Counted from the whole stretch's first letter, positions 38,114 to 50,834 are shown. The stretch: 63,995 bases of DNA, filler included, from Octopus bimaculoides (GCF_001194135.2; 8 parts of 7 records of this genome joined end to end with filler, not necessarily neighbours in it); one strand, 5' to 3'. Notes: generated by a model not told the origin, from the sequence alone. Translations and numbers: made by a program.

Positions 38114-39598
38114 GTAAATAGATAGATACGTGTATACATCTGTGTGCTGTATGTGTGCTGTATGTGTATATATTTGTGTGTATGTGTATATTCCATTAAG
38201 AGTTCTCATTTCTCTTCATAATTCTACAAATTTTCACAAGGGTATAATTATTTCCTCACGAATTCAGACGTATACATATTTCGACAAGCACTTACTTGCT
38301 TGCAATTAATATGCTGACGTATCACTAGACTACTGACATTGCACTCCCTAAATAACTAACTTTAGAAGCAATCTCTTCTTCTGTTCATATATTTCACTAT
38401 TTAGCTCTTTTTCTTATATCTGTACAACCGACTTAACATAGACGTACAACAAGGATGCCGTAACCTGCGCTTTCGTCTTGAAGTAATATCTCGTACCGAT
38501 GTATAGTGCTAATAAGTGTTAAAAAATACCAACTGCTGAAAAAAAAACTGTATGTATCGGTGGTAGAACTGAAGGATCATGATATTCTTTCGGCTTGTTC
38601 GTCAGCAGGAGTAGTTATCAACTATTAACCCATACATAATCAACTTTCTCCGTTAGTTGTATAGATGAGGGCAACTTATCAATCACTGCAGTCGCAAATA
38701 GCTGTCACTTTGAATAAAATGTCGTTTTTAGCGATGATAGCCGTAGTTGTATTGACTAAAGATCTATATATCCAAACTAACATGGATGCATTCTAAGGAG
38801 AACCGTGCTGATTTTTTCCTCGATGGCTAATATATCTATGTACTTCTTTAGCACCATATCTCAATACGGGTTACTTTTTGAAAACGAATATCAGGGGTTA
38901 TGGAGTTCTCGCAGTACGTCCATGTTAAATTAGATGTACAGATTATTATTCACTTTAAATGCTCGTTATAGAAAGAAAATATTTTAAAATATATAGTATA
39001 TACTATTGTGGTAATACCTCAAAATATATCCTACCAAATTTATCCTGATTACACCTTTATCGCTTTCGATAGTCTGAGCAACTATGCAATGTACGAAAAT
39101 ATCTCTCAGTGAGCGTATTTGAATGCCTCTTTGTAATTCAAACTCGATTAATTTCATTCACGATTTTTTTTTTTTTTTTTACATTTTCACACCGAATTCT
39201 TTCCGAATGTTATAGTATATACATAATTAATTATTAGTTAATTCTTAGTTAATTCTTAGCAAACTACACAAAACTTCGATAATTTGAAACATAAGCTATC
39301 TGGTTTATTTATTTATTTCTTTATTTATTTCTTTATTTATTTATAAAAAAATAACGTTATTCTGGCTTTCATAAATATAAAATTTTATTATTCCGTACAT
39401 TAGAGTAATTCTTTACATTCGAAGAAAGAAAAAAAGGTGAATTAGATTTGTTTCTAGCCTGTTTAGACGTTAGTGAGTGAAAAAGCAGATTCTGTCCACG
39501 GCAAGCTGGCTTGCTACTGTTCCTTATAATGTAATCTACAAACATGCATACTTACATATGCATATTCATACATATATAAATATATATATATATATATA

Positions 39599-39698
39599 NN
39601 NNNNNNNNNNNNNNNNNNNNNNNNNNNNNNNNNNNNNNNNNNTTAATTAATTAANNNNNNNNNNNNNNNNNNNNNNNNNNNNNNNNNNNNNNNNNNNN
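39599..39698. other. Artificial assembly spacer
   Basis: TTAATTAATTAA at 39643-39654. Confidence 0.95.
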
Positions 39699-40160
39699 TA
39701 GTTTCTTCAATGACAATATTGACCAAGGTTACCGTGGTCTTTTCCGTAGGCTTTTCTTTCCACGGCTAAACCTAAACTGTCCTCCCCTCTTTTTACACGA
39801 CAACATTACTGTGTGATACACGATCCCTATTGATCGCTTTTTTTTTTTCTTCTTCTCGATCCTTTTTGATCGAACTCCCCCCTTTTTCCCTTCCTACGAT
39901 CCCTTTTGATCGACACACCCTTTTTTTTTCTCTCTTTCCTTCCTCCTCTCAAAAAGAAAAACTCTACATTGTATTTGTCCCATCTTTGTTGAGCCCTGTG
40001 TGGCTAATAAAAGAAATGTTTTTATCTATCTATTTAGCTATCTATCTATCTATTTATCTATCTATTTAGCTATCTATCTATCTATTTATCTATCTATTTA
40101 TCTATCTATTTAGCTATCTATCTATCTATTTATCTATCTACTTATCTATTTACCTCTCTC

Positions 40161-40195
<35 letters not shown>

Positions 40196-40206
40196 GTCTA
40201 TTTATC

Positions 40207-40237
<31 letters not shown>

Positions 40238-40261
40238 AGATAATAGGTAATCAGACAGACT

Positions 40262-40315
<54 letters not shown>

Positions 40316-40582
40316 CAGATAGATATAAGAGTGAGGAAGGAATGAAAGATGATATGCCATGGGAAGGATGTTACCAATGTCATATATGTATGAATGAACC
40401 CGATCCCATTGCTCTACAATTGAGCCTATAGTACCTCCCTGCCTTTCATTGCGTAAACAGCTGAGGAATGTGTCTTGTACTTATCTCCAATTATATATGT
40501 AAAGATCATCATAGTTTGGGTACATATTTACAGGCAGTTGTGTTTATATCATTCATTTCAAGAGAAGTTAACACAGTTTTTG

Positions 40583-40637
<55 letters not shown>

Positions 40638-41142
40638 CATGCACATATATATATAGGTAAATGTCAAACAATGAAAATGAGTGCTCAACACTGTATTGGT
40701 GGATAGAATTTCTTTCTTTGTGAATTAAGGCTACCATTGGTTTAACATCCTAACAATTTTTCAAGCTGATCACATGGAGGAATGGTGTTCATCTCCATTT
40801 TGGTGTTTATCTAAAATGAAGACAAACACCATTCCTCCATGTGATCAGCGTAAAAAATTGTTAAGATATTNNNNNNNNNNNNNNNNNNNNNNNNNNNNNN
40901 NNNNNNNNNNNNNNNNNNNNNNNNNNNNNNNNNNNNNNNNNNNNNNNNNNNNNNNNNNNNNNNNNNNNNNNNNNNNNNNNNNNNNNNNNNNNNNNNNNNN
41001 NNNNNNNNNNNNNNNNNNNNNNNNNNNNNNNNNNNNNNNNNNNNNNNNNNNNNNNNNNNNNNNNNNNNNNNNNNNNNNNNNNNNNNNNNNNNNNNNNNNN
41101 NNNNNNNNNNNNNNNNNNNNNNNNNNNNNNNNNNNNNNNNNN

Positions 41143-41495
41143 GGTCATTGCCTTCCTCCTCGTCCCAACTGGCTCCTGTGCTGGTGGCACGTGAAAGGCA
41201 CCATCCGAACGTGGCCAATGCCAGTGCTACCCTAACTGACTCCCATGCCGGTGGCATGTAAAAAGCACCATCCGATCATGGTCAATGCCAACCCCCTCTG
41301 GTCCCTGTGCCGGTGGCATGTAAAAAATAAGCACTCACTACACTCTCAGAGTAGTTGGCATTAGGAAGGGCATCCAGCTGTAGAAACATTACCAGATCAG
41401 ATTGGAGCCTGGTGCAGCCATCCGGTTCACCAGTCCTCAGTCAAATCGTCCAACCCATGCTAGCATGGAAAGCGGACGTTAAATGATGATGATGA
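41143..41495 (+). mobile_element. SINE family C with (GAT)n tail
   Basis: CCAGTCCTCAGTCAAATCGTCCAACCCATGCTAGCATGGAAAGCGGACGTTAAA(TGA)n; also at 57505-57655 and 58225-58318. Confidence 0.8.
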
Positions 41496-41609
41496 TGATG
41501 ATGATACACACACACACACGCACACATTTAGGTTTGGTGATACAAACAGGAAAAATAGAACTTAAAATATGAGTACATTTTTTTATTAATATTTAGCAGT
41601 AGCTAAAGC

Positions 41610-42274
41610 GTCAAGCTGGCAGAAACGTTAGCACGTCGGGTGAAATGCTAAGCGGTATTTCGTCTGCGGCTACGTTCTGAGTTCAAATTCCACCGAGGTC
41701 GACTTTGCCTTTCATCATTTCAGGATCGATTAAATAAGTACCAGTTATGCACTGGGTCGATATAATTGACTTAATCCAGTTGTCTGTCCTTGTTTGTCCC
41801 CTCTGTGTGTAGCCCCTTGTGGACATTAAAGAAATAAGAAACGTTAGCACCCCAGGTGAAATGCTTAGCAGTATTTTGTTGGTCTTTATGTTCTGAGTTC
41901 AAATTCTGCTGAGGTCGGCTTTGCCTTTCATCCTTTTGGGGTCGATAAATTAAGTACCAGTTGTGTACTGGGGCCGATCTAATCAACTTGGGCCCCTCCC
42001 CAAAAGTTTTGGGCCTTGTGCTTTGAGTAGAAAAGAATATATAGGCAGCAAGCTGACAGAAACATTAGCACGCTGGGAGAAACACTTAGTAGTATTTTGC
42101 CTGCCATTACGTTCTGAGTTCAAATTCTGCCGAGGTCGACTTTGCCTTTCATCGTTTGGGGATTGATTAAATAAGTACCAGCTATGCACTGGGGTCAATG
42201 TAATCAACTTAATCCCTTTGTATGTCCTTGTTTGTCCCCTCTATATTTAACCCCTGTGGGAAATAAAGAAATAA
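41610..42274 (+). mobile_element. Three tandem SINE family B copies
   Basis: TTCTGAGTTCAAATTC recurs at about 41675, 41892 and 42113 with the same body. Confidence 0.85.
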
Positions 42275-42470
42275 ATATTTAGCAGGAGCAACAGTAAGTC
42301 AAAGGCCAAGAGTTTCATGCATTGGTACTTATCTGAAGTTTTGTTAAGTGCCAACACATGAAACTCTCAACCTTAGAATTATTGTGTTGCTCCTGCTAAA
42401 TATTAAGATATGTATATGTATATATATATATAGGCTTGTCATAGCATGGCCACAGCCTTTGGGCTAAAAT

Positions 42471-42570
42471 NNNNNNNNNNNNNNNNNNNNNNNNNNNNNN
42501 NNNNNNNNNNNNNNTTAATTAATTAANNNNNNNNNNNNNNNNNNNNNNNNNNNNNNNNNNNNNNNNNNNN
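42471..42570. other. Artificial assembly spacer
   Basis: TTAATTAATTAA at 42515-42526. Confidence 0.95.
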
Positions 42571-43230
42571 CTGGGTACATCTTATAGAGTTACTACCTAC
42601 TCCTTTTCTACATACTGAGCAGGGCCATCTACCTGAAGGGGTTTGTGTTTTATCTGCCTTCCTACTTATTAAGATTTTGGTTTTAGCTAGGTTGACTCTA
42701 AGGTCCTTCGATTCCAGTCCTTGCTTCCACACCTGAAACTTCTCCTCTAGTTCTGATAGTGACTCCACAATTAGTGCAAGGGCATCAGCATAGAGGAGCT
42801 CCCAGGGGCATCCTGTCTTGAATTCCTCTGTTATCGCCTGGAGGACTATGATAAATAGGAGGGGGCTGAGGACAGAACCTTGGTGGACCCCTACTTCTAC
42901 CCGGAATTCATTACTGTACTCATTTCGAACCCTCACCTTACTGACAGCATCTCTGTAAATAGCTAGCACAGCTCTCACTATCCATTCTTCTATCCCAAGT
43001 TTCCTCATTGACGACCAGATAAGGGATCGGGGGACCCTGTCAAAGGCTTTCTCCATATCAACGAAAGCTAGGTACAGAGGTTTATCCTTGGCTAGGTATT
43101 TCTCCTGCAGCTGTCTTACTAGAAATATGGCATCAGTGGTACTTTTACCCAAACTGCATCTCATCTAAATTGATTCGTTCCCTAATTAGTTGGGCTATGA
43201 CCCTCTCCGTAACTTTCATAACCTGATCTA
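42571..43230 (-). mobile_element. RTE-clade LINE reverse transcriptase fragment
   Basis: FVDMEKAFDRVPR, GVHQGSVLSPLLF, LLYADALAL (YADD changed to YADA), RVNLAKTK, PCSVCRKGVGSNSI. Confidence 0.93.
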
Positions 43231-45228
43231 ACATATAAACATATAAACTGTAGAAACTAGATGTTAAATTATATGATAACCTATTAGAGAATAAATAGAA
43301 AATATAAAATTGTTCCAGAAAATACTCTGTATAATATAAATAAGGATTCTAAATTAATTATGGTGAAATATAATTTAGATAATAAAGCTGAACCCTAGGA
43401 TTACTTTAAAAGACTATAAGGATAATTTTAATTATGACTCTAAAGTTAGACTTATTTGTCCATGTAAATCAGATCTAAGTAAATTTAGTAAGATCATGTT
43501 AGATAAATATATTAATAAATTAAACGAAATTAATTACCTTAAACTTTGGAATAGTACTAATGATACTTTGAAATGATTTAATGATATTAAAGATAAAAAT
43601 AGATATAAATTCATACAGATAGATATAGATAATTATTCTTCTTCTATTAATGAGATTGTACTCAATAAGGCCCTACTTTATGCAATGAATAAGGTAGGTA
43701 TGACTTATGATGAAGTTAATGTAGTAAAAACGGCTAGGAAATCGTTGATTAGATATAATAATAAATTGTGGGCTAGGAAGGATACAAGGGACTATTTTGA
43801 TATACCTATGGGAGCACCCGATTCTGTACAGGCAACTGATTTAGTGGGTATTTATTTATTATCAGAACTTCAATTAGAAAAAAATTAAAGTTGGAGGTTG
43901 GTTTATGTAGGGATGACCTTTTATTAACAACTAAGGATTGCACCAATAGAACATTAGAATTATATAAGAAACTAAATAGGTTTTTTAAAAAGATATGGAT
44001 TAAGCATAACTATATATAATGAGAACTATAATGTTAATTACTTAGATGCTAGTTTGAATTTAATAACAGGTAAGACCCAACCTTTCCATAAAATTAATGA
44101 AAACATGAGATATATTAATGCTAATCGTAATCATCCACCCTCGATTAAAAATTCGTTGACAGATAATATAGGTAAAAGAATATCGTTGCTTTTTTCTAAT
44201 TTTCAGATTTTCCAAAAACACGCACCTTATTATAAGGGAGGCGGGATATAATAATAATATTAAATTCTTTAATAATTCTAAATATAATTATAATATAAAA
44301 GGTTATATTTTCAATGATTCTTTTGTTTTTTACAATAATAAACCTAACATAAATAATTATGATAAGTTTTATTTAGGTAATTATAGAATTAATAATAGGA
44401 TTATGATAATATAAAACATAAATATAATAATAGCAAACTAGAAAATAAGATTAAATTTAATTCTTTTATTGATAATAATAAATTTTATAATATGAAAAAT
44501 AAATATAATAATATAAATAATAAGAACAAAATTTGGCTAATTATTCCTTATGGGGCTCAAGTTAAAACAAAAATTATTAAAGAGATTTTAAATATAATTG
44601 AGGTATTCATTAGAGATAATAAAAAATATAATAACATTTTTTCTAGTGATAATTTTGGAGTTGGTTACTCTACTACTAATAATGTTGGTAATATTATTTC
44701 TTCTTTTAATAAATTTAAGCTGAATAAGTTTTACAAAAACGAATCAAGTAATTATTCCAATAATAATAATACAGACCAGAACATAATTAATTGTACAAGT
44801 AGAGATAAAGATAAATGTAAATTTAATAAGTGTAATTTGGAGGATGTAGTATATAAATGTGTAGGGACTTTGCTTGATGATAATAGTATGACTGATTATG
44901 ATTTAAATACTATTCATATAGGGTCGACTTCTAATAAAATTAAATTATATGTGGCTCAACATATGAATTCTTTTAAGATTAGAAATTCAATTAATTCTAC
45001 TGGTCTTAGTAAATATATATGAGAACTAAAATTTAAAAATATTATGTACAATTTAAATTGGGAGATAGTTTGTAAGGCTAAATCTTATTGAATAGGTAGT
45101 GCTTCTTGTTTATTATGTACTAATGAATTTAAGGAGATATTATTAACTGATAATAAAAAATTGATTAATTTCCTAGAGGAACGAAAAATTAAATGCAGAC
45201 ATAAGTTAAATTACTTATATAATAAGTT
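43230..45228 (+). mobile_element. Extremely AT-rich Penelope-like element (RT + GIY-YIG), degenerate
   Basis: VRLICPCKSDLSK..LWNST..FIQIDID..FDIPMGAPDS..LVGIYLLS, GLCRDDLL, NANRNHPPSI, VVYKC..HIGST..STGLSKYI..LNWEIV..CLLCTNE..KCRH. Confidence 0.88.
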
Positions 45229-45328
45229 NNNNNNNNNNNNNNNNNNNNNNNNNNNNNNNNNNNNNNNNNNNNTTAATTAATTAANNNNNNNNNNNNNNNN
45301 NNNNNNNNNNNNNNNNNNNNNNNNNNNN
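45229..45328. other. Artificial assembly spacer
   Basis: TTAATTAATTAA at 45273-45284. Confidence 0.95.
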
Positions 45329-45399
45329 CTCTCTCTCTCTCACACACACACACATGTATTTTCTTTACTGTTTTATCGTTGCATCAGCACTACCAGAAG

Positions 45400-45656
45400 G
45401 TATCTTATATTACAACTGGCACTCCGCCAGTTACGACGACGACAAGGGTTCCAGTTGATCCGATCAACGGAACAGCCTGCTCGTGAAATTAACGTGAAAG
45501 TGGCTGAGCACTCCACAGACACACGCGTGGTTCTCAGGGAAATTCAGCGTGACACAGAATGCAACAAGGCTGACCCTTTTGAAATACAGGTACAACTCAT
45601 TTTTGCCAGTGGACTCGGGTAATGTGTAATAAAGTGTCTTACTCAGAAACACAATG
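45400..45656 (-). mobile_element. SINE family D
   Basis: Inverted homolog of 9040-9235. Confidence 0.75.
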
Positions 45657-45660
45657 AAGT

Positions 45661-46018
45661 TGTGGTGGCGCGTGTGGCCGCCATCTTGGGAAGTGCCATT
45701 GCGCATGTGCAAGGGACTTGCCGTCAGCAGAAGTATCCGAGCACGCATGCGCAATGCAACAAGTGGAGAAAAAGCAATAGCGTTCGATCTCTATTCCATC
45801 CAGCAGCCGTGGCGACAGGACGTTCTTTCAGGCTGTCCCAACTCGACCCCGACATGTGGTCGAAGCTTCCTTTGGTATTATAGCAGCATGCCTATTCAGA
45901 ATAAACTATTGATCTGTTGTTACCGTTATCCCTCTTGTTGTTGTATTTCTGAATTTAATGATTAATATAAGAACTGGGGAGAGACGGCTAAGCCATCATA
46001 TCTCATCCAATTCTTATA
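45661..46018 (+). promoter_or_regulatory. Gypsy 5' LTR with YY1-like and NRF1-like motifs
   Basis: Starts TGTGG; GCCGCCATCTT 45677-45687; TGCGCATGTGCA 45700-45711; CGCATGCGCA 45744-45753; AATAAA 45900-45905. Confidence 0.65.
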
Positions 46019-46020
46019 AC

Positions 46021-46039
46021 TGGTGACCCCCGACGTGAT
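46021..46039 (+). other. Primer-binding site, tRNA-Trp
   Basis: TGGTGACCCCCGACGTGAT vs TGGTGACCCCGACGTGAT, the complement of the metazoan tRNA-Trp 3' end (one extra C); 2 nt after the LTR. Confidence 0.85.
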
Positions 46040-47481
46040 AACGGAATTATCTCTCAAACGACGGGGGGAAAAAAAAAAAAACACAAGAGACGAGGGAATG
46101 GAACAATTCAACCAACTGCAACAGTTTTCTTACCCTGGAGAAAATACCATATAGCCTGGAAACTGAACCATCAACTACTATGTCACGAGCTGTCGCTTAT
46201 TTCTCTCACCCACGTGTTTTTTTTTTCAACACCAATTGAGACCGAGAAAAGAACAAACGAGTGAACAGTGATTTCTCTTTTCGCCTGACTCCACATGGCT
46301 TGAAAAACAGAAAAAAAAACAAAAAACAACGTTGCTTCCATCTATTGTCTTACACAANNNNNNNNNNNNNNNNNNNNNNNNNNNNNNNNNNNNNNNNNNN
46401 NNNNNNNNNNNNNNNNNNNNNNNNNNNNNNNNNNNNNNNNNNNNNNNNNNNNNNNNNNNNNNNNNNNNNNNNNNNNNNNNNNNNNNNNNNNNNNNNNNNN
46501 NNNNNNNNNNNNNNNNNNNNNNNNNNNNNNNNNNNNNNNNNNNNNNNNATCTTCATCGCTTCCAGCTTCTTAGGGTCAACACCAACTTCTTGCTACGTAC
46601 ACAGCAACCAACAGCACTCGCACAGGTTCTATCTCAACACTGTTTGTGAATCATTTCACCATGGTTAATATCGAATACAACCTGCGAGAACTCCTGTATC
46701 AAGTACTCGGCTCGGCATAGAAGCCTCAACTTCACGACATGTGACTTAGCTCTGCCCCCACGCCTCAACCTCTATATACAGACTTTCAATCTACTGGGTA
46801 CTTTAACTGAGAACTGGTATTTACTACCCTTGTGTCTGGACTTTCTTCTAACGCCCTTATAGACTCTTTTCTATGCTCTGTATTACTTGCACACACATGC
46901 ATCCATGTTTGTATACACATACACATTGTTTGCATGACGGCCTGCCTATTATTGTGTTTATATGTCACACTCACACAAACAGAAAAAAAAAAAAAGCAAA
47001 CACCATTGTTTTTGTTTTTACGAACATTTTTTTTTTTCTCTCTCTCTCTCTCTCTCTCCTATGCACACATGGTTCCACAATCTTTTCCAAGATTGATCTG
47101 GTTTGCGCTTATCACCAGATTCCACCATCATATCTCATCCAATTCTTATAAAGTGGTTATTGGAGATGTTCCTTGCCAAAATGGCAAAGAACATCTCAAA
47201 ACTCCATTCTTTCCAAAACCAAAGAAAAATTTAGACTCCAGATTTTTTTTTCACCCAACTCACATAAAAGTATAAAAGGTATGAATTTTCTATAAGAAAT
47301 CATTCATGTTGAATCCCTGAAAAGGACAAAAGCATTAAATAAACGGTTTTTATCTAAATCCTTTTCGCCTTCTTTGTATTAATATATAAAACCTTACACC
47401 ACTTCAAATAATAAACACACACACACATGTATGATGTTTCCTTACACATCTAAAATATATATTTCCAGGTGTTATCATTAT

Positions 47482-47557
47482 ATGACAAAGATGCTTTCAA
47501 AAAAACCTCAGAAAAAAGGCAAAAGACTGCAGCAACATTCTTCAGCTCTTGCCCTAC
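47482..47557 (+). CDS. FANCD2: FANCD2 coding exon 1
   Basis: Acceptor TTTCCAG at 47468; MTKMLSKKPQKKGKRLQQHSSALAL; donor GTAAGT; phase 1 fits the next exon. The second ATG at 47491 is an alternative start. Confidence 0.7.
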
Positions 47558-48185
47558 GTAAGTCTTTGAGACATTATTTTTTCACTGTTTTTGTTGTGTC
47601 ACACCAAGTTAGCCTTAAATGGACAAAACTATGATGAAAGACAATCCAGCCATGACAATCCCAAACTTTTTCTTTGGTGGGTGTTAGGGGTGTTCATGCA
47701 ACTTCAAATTTACCAAGGTATTTGGGGATATTTTTCTTCTGGCATCACTAGTTTTTATTCATCCTTTTGGGGTTAATAAAATCAGGGCCAGTTGAGCATT
47801 GGGGCCAAAGTAATTGACGTAACTACTCTTGAGGTATGAATATATAAAAAAAAACTGCATCCTTCATGTTTACTGTGAAAGTTTTCATAGCAATAAAATA
47901 AAAACAAAATAATAATAATAATTTTGAAAGAATTATCTATAAAACTGGTTTATAGTATTGAGAGACTCCTACAAGATAAGATGTCTGCTGTGAGACCTGT
48001 TTTATTGAATTAAGGACCTCCATCCGTTGTGTCTAGAGGGTCTTTCTTTAGTCAGTTGTCTGCAAAGGAGAAAACCCTTTTAATAGTTATTGTTATTTCT
48101 TTAATTATATGAGATGCACTAATTAGTGTTAGTATCACTTTTACTCTTTCATCATCTTCAATTAAATTGTCTTGTTATTTTCCAG

Positions 48186-48320
48186 GAAACACATCCAAAA
48201 GTAAACCTGCTGAAGACATGGAAGACTCTGAGGCAGAGTTCTCCGATGGTACAATCTTCTGTGAGCAGCTGCAAAAGTCTGGCATCATTCTGAAGAAAGG
48301 GGACCATAACCACGAGCTAA
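48186..48320 (+). CDS. FANCD2: FANCD2 coding exon 2
   Basis: ..DGTIFCEQLQKSGIILKKGDHNHEL vs human [26 protein letters not shown]/GT. Confidence 0.9.
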
Positions 48321-48649
48321 GTGAGTTGAAATAGGGGTTATGTTTGAAAGGGGTATCAGAAGATTTGGTCTGGAATGGATAGAGGGGTTTATTTCTAGAT
48401 AGCATATTACATCAGGATTCAAAATAGTACGAGTTTCCAAAGGATATTGAGAAATTCGATCAAGGAAGATATTTAGAAGCAATTGTAGGGCTTTACTCGA
48501 ACGTGTGTCCTGTGGCGTCACTCAGTATTCACCCCAGCTGACCTCTTTCCCATAGCAAGACGCCTGTTTCTGTCTCTCTGTCCTTTCATCATCTGACACA
48601 GGACCCCCACCATTCCAGCGTCTAATGTTTGTTCCTTCATTTGTTACAG

Positions 48650-48717
48650 ATGTGGAGCCAACTGTCTTCTACAAAAATTTATCAAAGGCATTAAAGAAAC
48701 ACATAAACTACCCTGAG
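48650..48717 (+). CDS. FANCD2: FANCD2 coding exon 3
   Basis: VEPTVFYKNLSKALKKHINYPE vs human [22 protein letters not shown]. Confidence 0.9.
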
Positions 48718-49180
48718 GTAATCATCTTTATCATTCTTCATATAAACCAATAACATAACTTAAATAACCTTTTGATGCCAAACTGCCTAAGACTACCTCT
48801 AGAGGCATAATACCAGTTTCTTGTCTTAAAGAGATCTCATTTAAAACCTTCCATCAAAATTCATCATTTTTAATGTCCATATTTTCCATGCTTGCATGGA
48901 TCAGATGGAATTCATTCAAGACAGATTTTCCAGGACTAGGACTGGATGCTCTACCTGTTGCCAACCCTCGTCCGTTTTTAAGCAAGTTAAGACCTCCTCC
49001 CCATGACCAGCCCAAACTTGTTTTTTCACAAAAGACTGAAAACCAATGATTGTCACTTATATGACAATCATTTTCCAACCATCGTGTGAAGTCAAGAGAG
49101 ATGAGAGGGAGCACACAGACTTATATATGATGGGCTTCTTTTCAGTTTCCATCTATCAAATTCACTCACTTTAATTTCAG

Positions 49181-49233
49181 GTGATTGACAAGTTTCTGGA
49201 GGGTTTGCAAGATTACATACTGATAAGACAGAG
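49181..49233 (+). CDS. FANCD2: FANCD2 coding exon 4
   Basis: VIDKFLEGLQDYILIRQ; TTTCAG / GTGAGT. Confidence 0.88.
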
Positions 49234-49659
49234 GTGAGTAATTAACATTCATCCGGTGGAGTAAATTGTAATAGTTTTACAACAATAATGGAGGACAGAT
49301 TGTAGGACATTAACCCCGAGGACAATGGCTCAATTAACTTACCAAACTGAAGGGTCAGTTATTCTAGTAGATGATTGCTTATTAGCCTACCAGCTGAAGG
49401 GTTTATTAGCCTATCTTCAAAAGGGAGGCTTAAGTTTAGTTTATCAATAGAAGGGTACAGTAGCTTACTAGCCAAAGGGTCAGTTTTCAGGACATGGGTT
49501 AGTTAGCTTTCTCAGTGACCAATCAGTCAGCCTCTTGGCCTAAAGGTATCGAAAGGGTTGAATAAAGAAACTGTCAACTACTACCAGTGTTATCTCCCTT
49601 CTTAATCACTGTGTGATGTCTTCAGTGACACTCCAACAGTGCACTGCCTTTATTGTTAT

Positions 49660-50250
49660 TGCTGTTAAGGTGGCAAGCTATCAGACTTGTTAGCACAGTG
49701 GTCCCTGAACTTTTTGGGGCTGCCACCCACTTGACACCCAGGCTACATTCCTAGTTCCACCACCCCCAGATGGAGCAGTTCTGCTCGCTTTGGGAACCAC
49801 TGCGTTAGCACACTGGGTAAAATGCTTAGAAGCATTTCATCTCTATTTACATTCTGAGTTCAAATTCTGCCGAGGTCAGCTTTACATTTCATCCTTTCGG
49901 GGTCAATAAATTAAGTACCAGTTGAGTACTGGGGTCGATTTAATCAACTTGTCCCCGTCCCACAAAATTTCAGGCCTTATGCCTTTAATAGAAAAGATTA
50001 TTATTATTAATAGTGATATATGATGTGCTGAGATTAAAGGTAGTGAGCTGGTAGAATTGTTAGCAGGCCAGACGAAATGCTTGGCAGCATTTTGCCCTGT
50101 TTTTACATTCTGAGTTCAAATTCCACTGAGGTTGACTTTACCTTTCATCCTTTTGGAGGAAGTCCCAATGAAACACTGGGGTCAATGTAATCGGCTAAGC
50201 CCCCTCCCCACAAATTTTAGGCCTTGTGCCTCCAGTAGAAAAGATTATGA
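49660..50250 (+). mobile_element. Two intronic SINE family B copies
   Basis: TTCTGAGTTCAAATTC heads at about 49852 and 50108. Confidence 0.8.
49696..49802. mobile_element. 107-bp hAT-type MITE nested in a family B SINE
   Basis: TIRs CAGTGGTCCC / GGGAACCACTG; 8-bp TSD TGTTAGCA / CGTTAGCA. Confidence 0.8.
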
Positions 50251-50324
50251 TGTGCTGAAATATATTCTGTTTTTTTTTCAAAATAAGTTATTTTTGCTTT
50301 TCCTCTTTTGCTGTCGTTTTAAAG

Positions 50325-50366
50325 GTTTATCAAGAGTCTTATGCCATGTACAGTTGCCAAAGACAG
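50325..50366 (+). CDS. FANCD2: FANCD2 coding exon 5
   Basis: FIKSLMPCTVAKD vs human FRNCLLSCERLQD; phases match both neighbours. Confidence 0.82.
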
Positions 50367-50834
50367 GTAAGATGCTGTCTTGTCTCTCTCTCTCTCTGTT
50401 CTTATTTCTTATTGTAACGTAGTTACTTGTCACCAATTATTGTAGTATCACCACTATTAATGACAATACTTGTTTACACTAAAACCACACAGTTATAGCC
50501 ACATCACACCATTCGCTCAGCACATGTGCATATATTCACATTCAGACACACCTCATCTCTTGCTTTCTCTCCCTCTCTCTCTCCTTCACATACCTACTCA
50601 TACACACAGATACAGTCATACTCCATCTCTCTCCTTACCTATACATACAATCAACTCATTTCTCCTTTCGTCTCTCTCTCCACATACAACCACACTTAAT
50701 CCCTCACTCTCTCTCCCCACCTTCACTTGTCTCTCTTCTGCTTACCACATATAATCACACCTCTCTCTCTTTACATACTGTCATATCTCTTCTCTCTCTC
50801 TCTCTCATCTTCCTCTTTGTCTCTTCTGTTTCAG

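Larger units (their letters stand above)
45661..47150 (+). mobile_element. Internally deleted Gypsy LTR retrotransposon
   Basis: TSD AAGT (45657-45660 / 47151-47154); 5' LTR 45661-46018; PBS; RT piece GSTIFSKIDLVCAYHQIP (47071-47124) fused to the last 26 nt of the 3' LTR (47125-47150 = 45993-46018). Confidence 0.85.

Noticed and set aside
38570-38610. Minus-strand CTGACGA-ACAAGCC-GAAA
   Set aside because: Stems II and III do not pair; probably chance.
43570-45030. UGA-as-Trp genetic code in the AT-rich PLE
   Set aside because: At least four TGG codons remain, and TAA stops and frameshifts occur; G-to-A decay is simpler.
49181-49233. Suspected 1-bp frameshift (YILIRQR vs YITDKTE)
   Set aside because: Phase 2 matches the next exon and spacing to the conserved Phe equals human.
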